From: Pantoea sp. | GTDB taxonomy: Bacteria > Pseudomonadota > Gammaproteobacteria > Enterobacterales > Enterobacteriaceae | NCBI RefSeq assembly: GCF_032114055.1 | Contig: NZ_DAMCTB010000001.1 | Span: forward strand, 252,294-284,293 | Reading direction: 5' to 3' | DNA: 32,000 nt | Shown here: one piece after another, positions 1-8,072 of the stretch | Position numbering within the stretch: position 1 is the stretch's first letter | How the letters are laid out: every line of letters starts with the position of its first letter | Position numbers and translations under genes: made by a program | The notes under the pieces: generated by a model | Databases searched by the model: none | Told to the model about the DNA's origin: nothing | What the model saw: only the letters and a program-made list of their open reading frames with translations

Positions 1-173
1 ACAAATGGCAGATTGAGAACTGGACGCTGGACCTGTTTGGCCGGGTCGATAACCTGTTTGACCGCCACTATGTGGGATCGGTGATCGTGAATGAGAGCAA
101 CGGACGCTATTTTGAATCGGCGCCGGGCCGCAACTACAGTGTGGGTGCCACGTTAAGTTACGCCTTTAACTAA
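1..173 (+). CDS. C-terminal fragment of an outer-membrane beta-barrel receptor, most likely TonB-dependent (5' end lies outside the window)
   Basis: Frame 3 reads KWQIENWTLDLFGRVDNLFDRHYVGSVIVNESNGRYFESAPGRNYSVGATLSYAFN, with stop TAA at 171-173. The NLFD-x-x-Y strand and the GRNY...aromatic terminal strand are typical of TonB-dependent receptor barrels. A terminator hairpin follows directly. Confidence 0.6.
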   Translation, partial: KWQIENWTLDLFGRVDNLFDRHYVGSVIVNESNGRYFESAPGRNYSVGATLSYAFN

Positions 174-186
174 TTTGTTGCTCCAG

Positions 187-218
187 AAAAGGGCGCAATA
201 GCGCCCTTTTATTTTTAT
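187..218 (+). terminator. Rho-independent terminator of the receptor gene
   Basis: Perfect 10-bp stem aaaagggcgc (187-196) / gcgccctttt (201-210) with loop aata, followed by a T-rich run. Confidence 0.8.
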
Positions 219-476
219 ATCTTCTTACCCGCTTAAAAAACTCTCCGAAATTAATTAAATCACTAAATAAAACCACCATAATACGCCCATACCTTTTTAT
301 ATCACTTCAAAACACGTTCTCTTTTGAGAATAAAAAAATCAGCCCTCATCGGGTTTAACCAGAATAGCCCTCTCACTTTCCTGATAAATTATTCGCCAGT
401 ATATGCAGCCAGTCATACGACTGGTCTGCGTTTATCACAGTCAGAACAGGCACAGATGCGACACAGGGAGTGTTTT

Positions 477-3400
477 ATGAATAAAATAAGCAGGCGCCAC
501 ATTACACCACTGGCGTTGTTCACCGGATGCATCCTGAGCGGCGGGGTGGCAGGCAAAAACATCGGTAGCCAGTCAGGAGCCAATATCACGCTGGATGACG
601 GCGATATTCTGACCGGCGATAAAACTTATCAGACAGGCATTTATGGTGTGTTTAATACCCTTGACCAGACAGGCGTGATCAATCTGGGTCGTCACGCGTT
701 TATTTTCGTCAGCGATCCTGATTCCTATGCTCGCGGCGTGGAAATCATGGGTCAGGAAAGCCAGCTGATGGCGGAGGCGCTTACCCTTAACGTCACGGGC
801 CAGCGAGCGTCAGGCATAAACATTAACGCTGACAGGGTGGCTGCTAACCTGGGTACGGGAACCACGGTTAACGTGACCGGAACCGAAAACTTATTCGCCA
901 GTGGGGTAAGAGTGGCGTATGGATCATCGCTGAAAGCCAATGCTCTCTCAATCACCACCTCTGGCAAATATGGTACCGGTCTCGCTGTTGCTAATCATGG
1001 CAGCAGCGCTGAACTCGGCAGTGGCACGACCATTTCGACAAACGGCGAGGTAAGTCCCGGTATTTTAATTGATTCACTCAATGGTAAACCCTCATCAACG
1101 CAGACTTTTCTGAATGCGGATCAGCTTAGCATTACCACAGCAGGCCCTTTTTCAAATGGTCTGGAGATGCAGGAACATACCCGGGTAAATTTAGGCAAAG
1201 GCAGCCGTATTGCCACGACCGGCGAAGGTTCATTGGGCATCTGGAACTTTGGTGATCTCACGGCGGAGAATCTGACCATCGCGACCTCCGGCAAAGCGGC
1301 TAACGGTCTTGAGGTCCGTTTAAACGGCGTCGCCAATATTGGTCCTGACAGCCATGTAACAACCTCACAAGGTGCGGGTATCGTTGCCAGTGGCATGGCG
1401 ACCACGATTAATTTCAAAGGCTCCGCCGACAAACGCAACACAATTAATGCAGCGACTTCCTATGCAGCCTCTGCACAGATAGCGGGGTCGAAAGTCAATA
1501 TTGAAGAGACAGATATTACCAGTGGTGACGTTGCGCTACTGGCTTTACTTTCCGGCCAGCTGACGGGAAAAAATATCACAATTAATAACGATGCCACAAA
1601 AAATGCCGCAGTTATCGCCATGGCCGGTGGAAAAATCAATCTGACGGGCGATGTAGCCATTACTCTACCCTCACCGGAACAGCTGGCTATTGCTACGCAA
1701 TATAATGAAAAATACCTGCCAGGGAATATACACGCAGAGGGCAGGCTGAATATAAAAGGTTCTGTATACGCCAACGGTGGTAAAATTGATTTAACGCTGC
1801 AGCCGGGCTCCGAATGGGAGGGTTCTGCATCCAGTGATAATATCGATAATGGTTATCTGAATGCCACATTAAATAGCAGCACATGGAATGTAAGTCACAC
1901 CTCTAATCTTGATGCATTAAACCTGACAAACAGCAGAATTGATTTCAACCGTGAGGCATCCCGCGGTGGTTTTACCACGTTGACCGTCGCGGACTTAACG
2001 GGAACCGGCGATTTTTTAATGCGTGTCGGTCTGGCTGGCGACGGCGTGAATGACAAAAGCGATAAGCTGGTGGTGACGCATAGCAGTGCAGGCAACCATA
2101 CTGTCTCTTTTGTCAATCAGGGATCGCTGTCAGCAACGGGCAATGAGCAGATTACAGTCATTGAAACACCCGATGGCAAGGCAAGCTTCACGGCCAACGC
2201 TGATATTGAACTTGGCGGATATCTTTATTCGTTACGCAAAGCCGGGACTGACTGGAAACTCGCTGCTTCAGGCTCTGTGCCAGAACCGGCGATGATTTCC
2301 CCTTCACAGCAGGAACCTGAGCCTGCACCTGCACCTGCACCCGCGGAAACAGAGGCACCCGAAGCGACGCCACAGCAGGAACCTGCCCCCGCACCTGCGG
2401 AAACACAGGCACCCAAAGCGACAGCACAGCAGGAGTCTGAGCCTGCACCTGTGGAATCACAGGCACCCAAAGCGACAGCACAGCAGGAGTCTGAGCCTGC
2501 ACCTGTAGAAAAACAGGCCCCTGAAGCCATCACTCAGCAGGAAGCTGAGCCTGTACCTGTACCCGCGCCTGCGGCGCAGCAAAAAGCCGGACCGGCGACA
2601 GCGCCCGCTTCGGGCCGAAAAGCTCAACGTCTCACCACCACCGCTGATGCCGGCGGAAATTTCCTGCATGTCAGTTATCTGATGAACCTCGCCGAAACTC
2701 AGCCTCTCCTCCAGCGGCTGGGTGAAATCCGCAACAACCGCAGTCACGGCAACGTCTGGCTGCGGGGTATTGACGGCAAAGTGAACGCCTCTTCTGCCGG
2801 GAAACTCGATGGTTTCAGAATGCAATACAGCGGTTTTCAGTTTGGTGCTGACAAAAATCTCTCTGAGAGCAAACAGCTATATGGTGGTCTGTTTATGGGC
2901 GTCAATCACGCTTCGCCAGACTATCGCGGCGGCAGGGGCACTGTCAGATCAGAATATGGCGGTGGCTATCTGACCTGGGTGACTGAAACGGGTTTTTATA
3001 TAGATCAGGTGCTGAAAATTAACCGCATCAGCAACCAGTTCGAAGTGAAGGACAGTCAGCAGAATCCGGTGTCCGGCCAGGCAAAATCCACCGGTATCAC
3101 CGTTTCAACAGAAGTGGGACAGCGTTTCAGCTTTTCGCCCGACGAACAGGGGCTATACCTGGAGCCTCAGGCACAAATCACGTTAGCCCACCAGAAAAGT
3201 GCACAAGCCCGGGCCAGTAATGGCCTTGCCATCAAATTCGATCACTATCATTCTGCTTACGGGCGAATCAGCACGCTTGCGGGATTCAGCCAGACGCATG
3301 AAGGTATCCATTATGATGCCTATATCAAAACAGGTCTGGAGCGCGAGTTTTCAGCCAGAATGCACTACACCCTTAACGGTGCCGCTGAAAATGCAGATTA

Positions 3401-3542
3401 CAGTGGAAATGGATGGAATAACGGCCTGGGCATCAGTGCGCGTATCCGCAATACGCATCATCTTTATCTGGAAGCGGATTTGACACGGGGAGAACGCTTC
3501 AACCAGCACCGGATAAATGCAGGTTACCGGTTTAGTTTCTGA
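477..3542 (+). CDS. Type Va autotransporter: pertactin/AIDA-like beta-helix passenger, Pro-rich linker and C-terminal 12-strand-type beta-barrel
   Basis: ATG at 477 sits 8 nt after SD agggag and starts a signal peptide, MNKISRRHITPLALFTGCILSGGVAG. The passenger has recurring units such as LxAxxL[ST]I[TA]T[SA]Gxxx.GLxV and xNLGxGSxIxTxG. An autochaperone-like block follows (DKLVVTHSSAGNHTVSFVNQGS...GGYLYSLRKAGTDWKL). Then come PAPAPA/QQE repeats and a barrel ending in the classic NAGYRFSF. Confidence 0.9.
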   Translation: MNKISRRHITPLALFTGCILSGGVAGKNIGSQSGANITLDDGDILTGDKTYQTGIYGVFNTLDQTGVINLGRHAFIFVSDPDSYARGVEIMGQESQLMAEALTLNVTGQRASGININADRVAANLGTGTTVNVTGTENLFASGVRVAYGSSLKANALSITTSGKYGTGLAVANHGSSAELGSGTTISTNGEVSPGILIDSLNGKPSSTQTFLNADQLSITTAGPFSNGLEMQEHTRVNLGKGSRIATTGEGSLGIWNFGDLTAENLTIATSGKAANGLEVRLNGVANIGPDSHVTTSQGAGIVASGMATTINFKGSADKRNTINAATSYAASAQIAGSKVNIEETDITSGDVALLALLSGQLTGKNITINNDATKNAAVIAMAGGKINLTGDVAITLPSPEQLAIATQYNEKYLPGNIHAEGRLNIKGSVYANGGKIDLTLQPGSEWEGSASSDNIDNGYLNATLNSSTWNVSHTSNLDALNLTNSRIDFNREASRGGFTTLTVADLTGTGDFLMRVGLAGDGVNDKSDKLVVTHSSAGNHTVSFVNQGSLSATGNEQITVIETPDGKASFTANADIELGGYLYSLRKAGTDWKLAASGSVPEPAMISPSQQEPEPAPAPAPAETEAPEATPQQEPAPAPAETQAPKATAQQESEPAPVESQAPKATAQQESEPAPVEKQAPEAITQQEAEPVPVPAPAAQQKAGPATAPASGRKAQRLTTTADAGGNFLHVSYLMNLAETQPLLQRLGEIRNNRSHGNVWLRGIDGKVNASSAGKLDGFRMQYSGFQFGADKNLSESKQLYGGLFMGVNHASPDYRGGRGTVRSEYGGGYLTWVTETGFYIDQVLKINRISNQFEVKDSQQNPVSGQAKSTGITVSTEVGQRFSFSPDEQGLYLEPQAQITLAHQKSAQARASNGLAIKFDHYHSAYGRISTLAGFSQTHEGIHYDAYIKTGLEREFSARMHYTLNGAAENADYSGNGWNNGLGISARIRNTHHLYLEADLTRGERFNQHRINAGYRFSF
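2307..2588 (+). repeat. In-frame tandem repeat (one 66-bp unit then 54-bp units) encoding the Pro/Ala/Gln-rich linker of the autotransporter
   Basis: Units begin with cagcagga at 2307, 2373, 2427, 2481 and 2535. They encode QQEPEPAPAPAPAETEAPEATP, QQEPAPAPAETQAPKATA, QQESEPAPVESQAPKATA, QQESEPAPVEKQAPEAIT and QQEAEPVPVPAPAAQQKA. A 47-nt stretch starting at 2405 recurs exactly at 2459. Confidence 0.85.
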
Positions 3543-3563
3543 TCTGGCAAAATCCGCCTTACA

Positions 3564-3593
3564 CCTTGCCCTGCTGGTTGTGGCAGGACAAGG
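3564..3593. terminator. Imperfect hairpin between the convergent autotransporter and hydrolase genes (possible bidirectional terminator)
   Basis: ccttgccctgc (3564-3574) pairs with gcaggacaagg (3583-3593) with one mismatch. There is no clear U-tract on either side. Confidence 0.3.
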
Positions 3594-3608
3594 CAGGCGA
3601 ACTTTCTG

Positions 3609-4169
3609 TCAGCGGGTGTTACCCATTAACGCCATGATCTCCTCACTGCTGCCGGTTTCGCCCAGGCGCGGGAAGATCAGAGTGATGCTGTTGTTATGGG
3701 TATCGGCATTGAGATCGGTCATCGCATCGGTGGCTAACGTGACGTTGTAACCTAGCTCATACGCCTGACGGGCTGTGGACTCGACGCCGATGCAGGTCGC
3801 GATTCCGCAAATCACCACCTGCGTGACGCCGCGCGCCTGCAGCTCCTCATGCAGGGCCGTGCCGTGAAACGCACCCCAGGTTTTCTTGGTGACGGTCAGG
3901 TCATCCTGTTGAGGCGTCATCGCCGGCACCAGCGTGGCCCAGTCGGCAGGCAATTCGCCGCTGTGGCGTCCCTGCTCATTGCGGCCCGGTGCAGCGCCAG
4001 CCACATTCACCAGTACCACAGGCAGCTGGTGCGCACGGAAAGCATCTGCCAGTGCGACACAACGATCAATCACCGGCTCTGGCGCATGCACCAGCGGCAG
4101 CGCCACGATGCCATGTTGCAGGTCGATAACAATCAGCGCAGTTTTTGCATCAAGTGTGGTTACAGCCAT
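3609..4169 (-). CDS. Isochorismatase-family cysteine hydrolase
   Basis: 186 aa. Family hallmarks are present: ALIVIDLQ (catalytic Asp), TKKTWGAF (Lys) and VVICGIATCIGVESTARQA (nucleophile Cys). SD gagga lies upstream. The start is 15 nt after the MarR stop, so the two are probably co-transcribed. Confidence 0.85.
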   Translation of the reverse strand: MAVTTLDAKTALIVIDLQHGIVALPLVHAPEPVIDRCVALADAFRAHQLPVVLVNVAGAAPGRNEQGRHSGELPADWATLVPAMTPQQDDLTVTKKTWGAFHGTALHEELQARGVTQVVICGIATCIGVESTARQAYELGYNVTLATDAMTDLNADTHNNSITLIFPRLGETGSSEEIMALMGNTR

Positions 4170-4184
4170 GTTAGATCCTCAGGG

Positions 4185-4610
4185 TTAATCGTCAGCAAGT
4201 CGTTGCAGCAGAGGGAGAACATCGGTCAGTTGCTGCTGTTCTGCCGGGCTCAGCCGGGCCGCCAGCGTCCGCACCAGCCAGTCCTCGCGCATCGCCCGGC
4301 TCGACGTGATGACAGCCAGACTCGGGGGCGTCGGAAGATAACGCGTTTTGCGACCATCATGGGGATCGGGCTCGCCTGTCACCAGGCCTGACGCCAGCAA
4401 ACCGGCTACGGTCGCGCCCATCGACTGGGTCCGTACGCCCTCAGCCGCAGCCAGTTGCGTCACCGTCATCGCTCCGTCGCGCACCAGATGGCCCAGCACC
4501 GCCACCTGGGACCAGGTCAGCTCGCCTGGCGGTGCCGACTCGCGCAGCCGTCGTGCCAGCTTACCCACCAGCATCCGTAGTGTGGCGGCAGAATCAGTCA
4601 GATCGCTCAT
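4185..4610 (-). CDS. MarR-family transcriptional regulator
   Basis: 141 aa with a winged-HTH core, MTVTQLAAAEGVRTQSMGATVAGLLASGLVTGEPDPHDGRKT. It is the first gene of a two-gene unit with the hydrolase. Confidence 0.85.
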   Translation of the reverse strand: MSDLTDSAATLRMLVGKLARRLRESAPPGELTWSQVAVLGHLVRDGAMTVTQLAAAEGVRTQSMGATVAGLLASGLVTGEPDPHDGRKTRYLPTPPSLAVITSSRAMREDWLVRTLAARLSPAEQQQLTDVLPLLQRLADD

Positions 4611-4676
4611 TGTCCCTCTCTGTGAACCGGCAAAAGTATAGAGATACGAAGGTAGACTGTGTAGTTTGCGCCCGTA

Positions 4677-5234
4677 TCAATTTGTAACGTCAGGCCGTTG
4701 CGGGTAGTGGATCAGGCTGTGAAAGCGCAGCGGCGTGCTGAGCGGGTTGCGGTAGCTGTGCGGCATATCGGCCTCAAAGCGGAATGCCTCACCCGCGAGC
4801 AGACGCCGCCAGACCTCTCCGACCGCCAGCAGCAGTTCGCCCTTGATAACCACCACCTGCTCCACGCAGCCCGCTTCATGGGGCGACGAGTGGCTCTGTG
4901 CTCCCGCGGCCAGCTCCACCGCCAGCAGCTCAAACCGCAGTTGCGGATCGTAGGACAGCAGGGGCCGGACGGCCATCCCGGCGTCAGGCTGACTGAATCC
5001 CGGCGCAGTCCCGGAGGCGATCACCCGGGCATCGATGAAAAACGAAAAGGGAACGTTGAAACCGGTGGCGATCTTCCACAGCGTGGCGATGGTCGGGCTC
5101 GATTCACCGCGCTCAATCTGCCCCAGCATCGCTTTACTGACGCCGGTTCGCTCCGCCGTCAGCGTCAGACTCCAGCCGTTGGCCTGACGCAACTGCCTGA
5201 GCGCCGCGCTCAGGTGTTGCTGAATATCCGCCAT
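4677..5234 (-). CDS. ydcN: XRE-family HTH regulator with C-terminal cupin domain (E. coli YdcN/SutR ortholog)
   Basis: 185 aa. GVSKAMLGQIERGESSPTIATLWKIATGFNVPFSFF and the C-terminal HSLIHYPQR closely track my recollection of E. coli YdcN. It is divergent from a BenE-family gene, as in E. coli. SD gggag lies upstream. Confidence 0.75.
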   Translation of the reverse strand: MADIQQHLSAALRQLRQANGWSLTLTAERTGVSKAMLGQIERGESSPTIATLWKIATGFNVPFSFFIDARVIASGTAPGFSQPDAGMAVRPLLSYDPQLRFELLAVELAAGAQSHSSPHEAGCVEQVVVIKGELLLAVGEVWRRLLAGEAFRFEADMPHSYRNPLSTPLRFHSLIHYPQRPDVTN

Positions 5235-5290
5235 TTTTTCTCCCGGTTGTTTGCATACAGCCTGAAAATAACAGGTTTAGAGTGTAACAC

Positions 5291-5337
5291 TTGTGCGTTA
5301 TAGCGCACCATGCCACCATGTACGCTATAACGCACAA
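5291..5337. promoter_or_regulatory. Perfect 15-bp inverted repeat in the ydcN/ydcO divergent intergenic region (candidate operator)
   Basis: ttgtgcgttatagcg (5291-5305) and its exact reverse complement cgctataacgcacaa (5323-5337), separated by 17 nt. It lies between the ydcN start (5234) and the ydcO start (5357). Confidence 0.45.
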
Positions 5338-5356
5338 CCCAGGCGGAAATGGCTGC

Positions 5357-6529
5357 ATGACAAGAGCGGAACACCCCCCTTTCACCCTGCCGATGTTGAT
5401 CTCCGGCTTTGTTGCGGTGCTGGTTGGCTACAGCAGCAGTGGCGCGATCATCTATCAGATGTTTCAGGCGGCAGGCGCTACGCCCGCGCAGATCGGCGGC
5501 TGGCTGTCGGTACTGGGTCTTGCGCAGGGGATCGTCTCTCTGAGCCTGTCGCTGCGCTACCGGATGCCGTTGCTCGCCGCCTGGTCCACGCCCGGCGCGG
5601 CGCTGCTGGCGACCAGTTTTCACGGCGTCACGCTGAATGAGGCGGTAGGGGTTTTTGTTTTTGCCAACCTGCTGATCGTGCTTTGCGGCGTAACCGGCCT
5701 CTTCGCTCGCCTGATGAAGCACATCCCCGCCTCGCTGGCGGCGGCGATGCTGGCGGGTATTCTGCTGCGCTTCGGTCTGCAGACCTTCGCCGATTTGCAG
5801 AGCAACTTCGCTTTATGCGGCAGCATGTGCCTGGCCTGGCTGCTCGCGCGCCGCTGGCTGGCCCGATACGCTATTCTGGTGACGCTGCTGGCGGGCATTG
5901 GGGTCGCTCTGGCACAACACGCCATCCACTTTCCACCGCAGGCGGTCAGCCTGGCGCTGCCGGAGCCGATCATGCCGCACTTTACCCTGACCCTGCTGCT
6001 GGGCACGGGCCTGCCCTATTTTCTGGTCACGATGGCGTCGCAGAATGCCCCCGGCATCGCAACCCTGCAGGCGCACGGCTATCGTCCGCCCGTCTCTGCC
6101 CTGATGACCCGCACCGGTCTGACGGCGCTGCTGCTGTCACCGTTTGGCGGTTTTTCGGTCTGCGTTGCCGCGATCACCGCCGCCATCTGCATGAGCGATG
6201 AGGTCGATCCCGACCCGCAGAAACGCTGGCGTGCGGCGGCGCTGGCCGGGGTATTTTATCTGCTGGCGGGCGCGTCTGGCGCGCTAATCGCCGTGCTGTT
6301 CAGTGCCCTGCCTGCGGTACTGATCGAGGCGCTCGCCGGTCTGGCGCTGCTGGCCACCCTGGGCGGCAGCCTGCAGCGGGCACTGGAGCAGCCAGCCGAA
6401 CGTGACAGCGCGCTGATTACCTTTCTAATCACCGCCTCGGGCGTATCACTGCTGGGCATCGGACCCGCTTTCTGGGGGCTGACCGGGGGCGTTATCGCTC
6501 ACCTGCTGCTGGTACGCAAAACGGGCTGA
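5357..6529 (+). CDS. ydcO: BenE-family (benzoate/H+ symporter-like) membrane transporter, E. coli YdcO ortholog
   Basis: ATG at 5357 begins MTRAEHPPFTLPMLISGFVAVLVGYSSSGAIIYQ. The protein is about 390 aa, polytopic and hydrophobic, with a BenE-like N-terminus. Its pairing with ydcN matches E. coli. Confidence 0.75.
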   Translation: MTRAEHPPFTLPMLISGFVAVLVGYSSSGAIIYQMFQAAGATPAQIGGWLSVLGLAQGIVSLSLSLRYRMPLLAAWSTPGAALLATSFHGVTLNEAVGVFVFANLLIVLCGVTGLFARLMKHIPASLAAAMLAGILLRFGLQTFADLQSNFALCGSMCLAWLLARRWLARYAILVTLLAGIGVALAQHAIHFPPQAVSLALPEPIMPHFTLTLLLGTGLPYFLVTMASQNAPGIATLQAHGYRPPVSALMTRTGLTALLLSPFGGFSVCVAAITAAICMSDEVDPDPQKRWRAAALAGVFYLLAGASGALIAVLFSALPAVLIEALAGLALLATLGGSLQRALEQPAERDSALITFLITASGVSLLGIGPAFWGLTGGVIAHLLLVRKTG

Positions 6530-6699
6530 GGATCGCATTGTTCTGAAATTTCGGTTATTTTTACGCCAGCCAGCGAAAAAAACAGTGGATTTAGCCCCTT
6601 TTCTGCCGTTTGATTTGTCATTGCCCGGCGTAAAATCAATTTAATCGTCGATAACACGCGATTTTCTGCCTCAGACAACGACCGATAAGGGCCCAACAG

Positions 6700-8070
6700 G
6701 TGGCAAAAACTTTTCTGCGCAGCGGTAAATTAGATGCTGTTCTGGCGCTAGGTGAAAACGGCCAGCCGGTCTACGCCTCAGCACTGCAAATTCGTGAAAC
6801 GCTGCGCCTGCGCCGTCAGAGCGCACTGGCAGATTGCCTGGCGATCCCGCAGGCCAATGAACGGGGCGACCGCCTCGACTGGTATGCCCCTTTCAGTGGC
6901 CGGGTAAAATCCTGGCTGGGCGCGAGCGATCATGAACGTCGCGCGGCCCTGCAGCAGCTCACCGCCTGCCAGCAGGATATGCAGGATCTCAGCACGCGCG
7001 CGCGCGCGGCAGAGAACCCCGCCATGCGGCTCTTTGGTGCGCTGCTGAGCAAAACCCTGCAGTTTCCCGATCAGCAATATGTCTATCTGGTGGATGGCAA
7101 ACCGGTCATCACGTTCTGGGGCTTTGTCGATGCCCAGGCGCGCAGCCGCGATGATGCGCTGGCCTGTCTGCGCGACACCCTGGAGGAGAATCTGCCGGTT
7201 GCGCTGGTTGAGCCGCTGCCCGAGCTGCCTGTCGCGCCCGTGGTCGCCGAACCCGTGCTGATGGCAGAACCGGAACCTGAAGAGGTGACTGAACCGCAGC
7301 CAGCGGTGATGGCGCCTGAACCGGTGCAGAAGACACAGGAACCGGCCCGCCGCCGCTTCCGTATCTGGTATCTGCTGCCGCCGGTGGCGATTGCGGCCGC
7401 CGTCGCAGTGGCGGTGCTGCTGCACCGTCCCGTGACCGAGACGCCGGTTGAGAGCGCGAAAGTCAGTGCAGAACCTGCGACGACGCCTGCTGCGGCTGCC
7501 CCGACACCGGCCGCTGCGCCAGCACAGGTCGCGTCGGCGCCCGCCGTTGCGCCCCCTGCCGTGATGGCCGCCGCGGAGAAACTTCCTGAGACGCTGCCGC
7601 AGAAACCGGCCAGCGTCGCAGCGCCTGAAGCCGCACCGGCCGACTCATCTGCTACCCTTGCCAGTGTGGTGACGCCTGCGGTACCGGCGCGGCCTGATGA
7701 CCTGATCGTAACGCCGGATGCGGTGCGCGATGGTCAGGTGCAGGTTATCGATGGCCGCTGGCGCGTCACCATCGACCAGATGCCGACGCCCACCGGTAAA
7801 CCGCCGGTAATGCGTTTCGAGTTCAAAAAGGGCAAAGGCAGCGTGCAGGTTGCTCAGGGCAATACCAGCTGCAAAGCGGATGTCAGCGCGGCCATGACCA
7901 GCGCCGGTAACCTGGTAATCGAGAGCCGTTATACGGCGAAGTGCCAGAATGGTTCCCGCTACCGTATGCCGCTGCTGGTCTGCCACGCGAGTATCGGTGC
8001 CGCAGTGTGTGAAGCGCAGTATGCGGAAGACCGGATCTTCCCGATGACGATTAAGCGTGAGAGTAAATAA
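6700..8070 (+). CDS. srfA: SrfA-family protein (first gene of srfABC); predicted bitopic membrane protein
   Basis: GTG start; the N-terminus MAKTFLRSGKLDAVLALGENGQPVY...LVDGKPVITFWGFV matches my recollection of Salmonella SrfA. It has a Pro/Ala/Glu-rich segment, the basic cluster ARRRFR followed by one hydrophobic helix IWYLLPPVAIAAAVAVAVLL (nt 7363-7422), a second Pro/Ala linker, and a C-terminal domain with 4 Cys. Confidence 0.8.
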   Translation: MAKTFLRSGKLDAVLALGENGQPVYASALQIRETLRLRRQSALADCLAIPQANERGDRLDWYAPFSGRVKSWLGASDHERRAALQQLTACQQDMQDLSTRARAAENPAMRLFGALLSKTLQFPDQQYVYLVDGKPVITFWGFVDAQARSRDDALACLRDTLEENLPVALVEPLPELPVAPVVAEPVLMAEPEPEEVTEPQPAVMAPEPVQKTQEPARRRFRIWYLLPPVAIAAAVAVAVLLHRPVTETPVESAKVSAEPATTPAAAAPTPAAAPAQVASAPAVAPPAVMAAAEKLPETLPQKPASVAAPEAAPADSSATLASVVTPAVPARPDDLIVTPDAVRDGQVQVIDGRWRVTIDQMPTPTGKPPVMRFEFKKGKGSVQVAQGNTSCKADVSAAMTSAGNLVIESRYTAKCQNGSRYRMPLLVCHASIGAAVCEAQYAEDRIFPMTIKRESK

Positions 8071-8072
8071 CG

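Noticed and set aside
324-476. N-terminal 51-codon extension of the autotransporter ORF (TTG start at 324)
   Set aside because: The extension has no signal-peptide character and lies in the AT-rich leader. The ATG at 477 has a good SD (agggag) and starts a canonical signal peptide.
211-476. Phase-variation signals upstream of the autotransporter (Dam GATC clusters as in agn43, or long homopolymers)
   Set aside because: There is no GATC in the leader, and the longest homopolymers are only A6-A7 and lie outside the coding sequence.
477-554. Possible lipobox (LFTGC) in the autotransporter signal peptide, which would suggest a lipoprotein autotransporter
   Set aside because: Phe at position -3 is atypical for a lipobox, and a signal peptidase I site after GGVAG is equally plausible. 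I cannot decide without a predictor or an experiment.
2290-2590. Regularly spaced repeats that could superficially resemble a CRISPR-like array
   Set aside because: The repeats are contiguous with no unique spacers, lie in frame inside a long ORF, and encode a Pro-rich linker.
3849-4391. 180-aa plus-strand ORF
   Set aside because: It is antisense to the well-supported isochorismatase-family and MarR genes, and its Arg/Gln/His-rich composition is typical of spurious frames in GC-rich DNA.
5291-5356. Upstream extension of the ydcO ORF (ATG at 5291)
   Set aside because: It would begin inside the inverted-repeat operator and add a non-hydrophobic leader. The ATG at 5357 matches the expected BenE-family N-terminus.
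6631-6688. Sigma-28 (FliA) promoter upstream of srfA, considered because Salmonella srfABC has been tied to the flagellar regulon. Two CGATAA boxes are present (GTCGATAA 6647-6654, ACCGATAA 6681-6688).
   Set aside because: The only TAAA (6631) is 16 nt from the first box rather than about 19, and there is no TAAA upstream of the second box. The evidence is not sufficient to call a FliA promoter.
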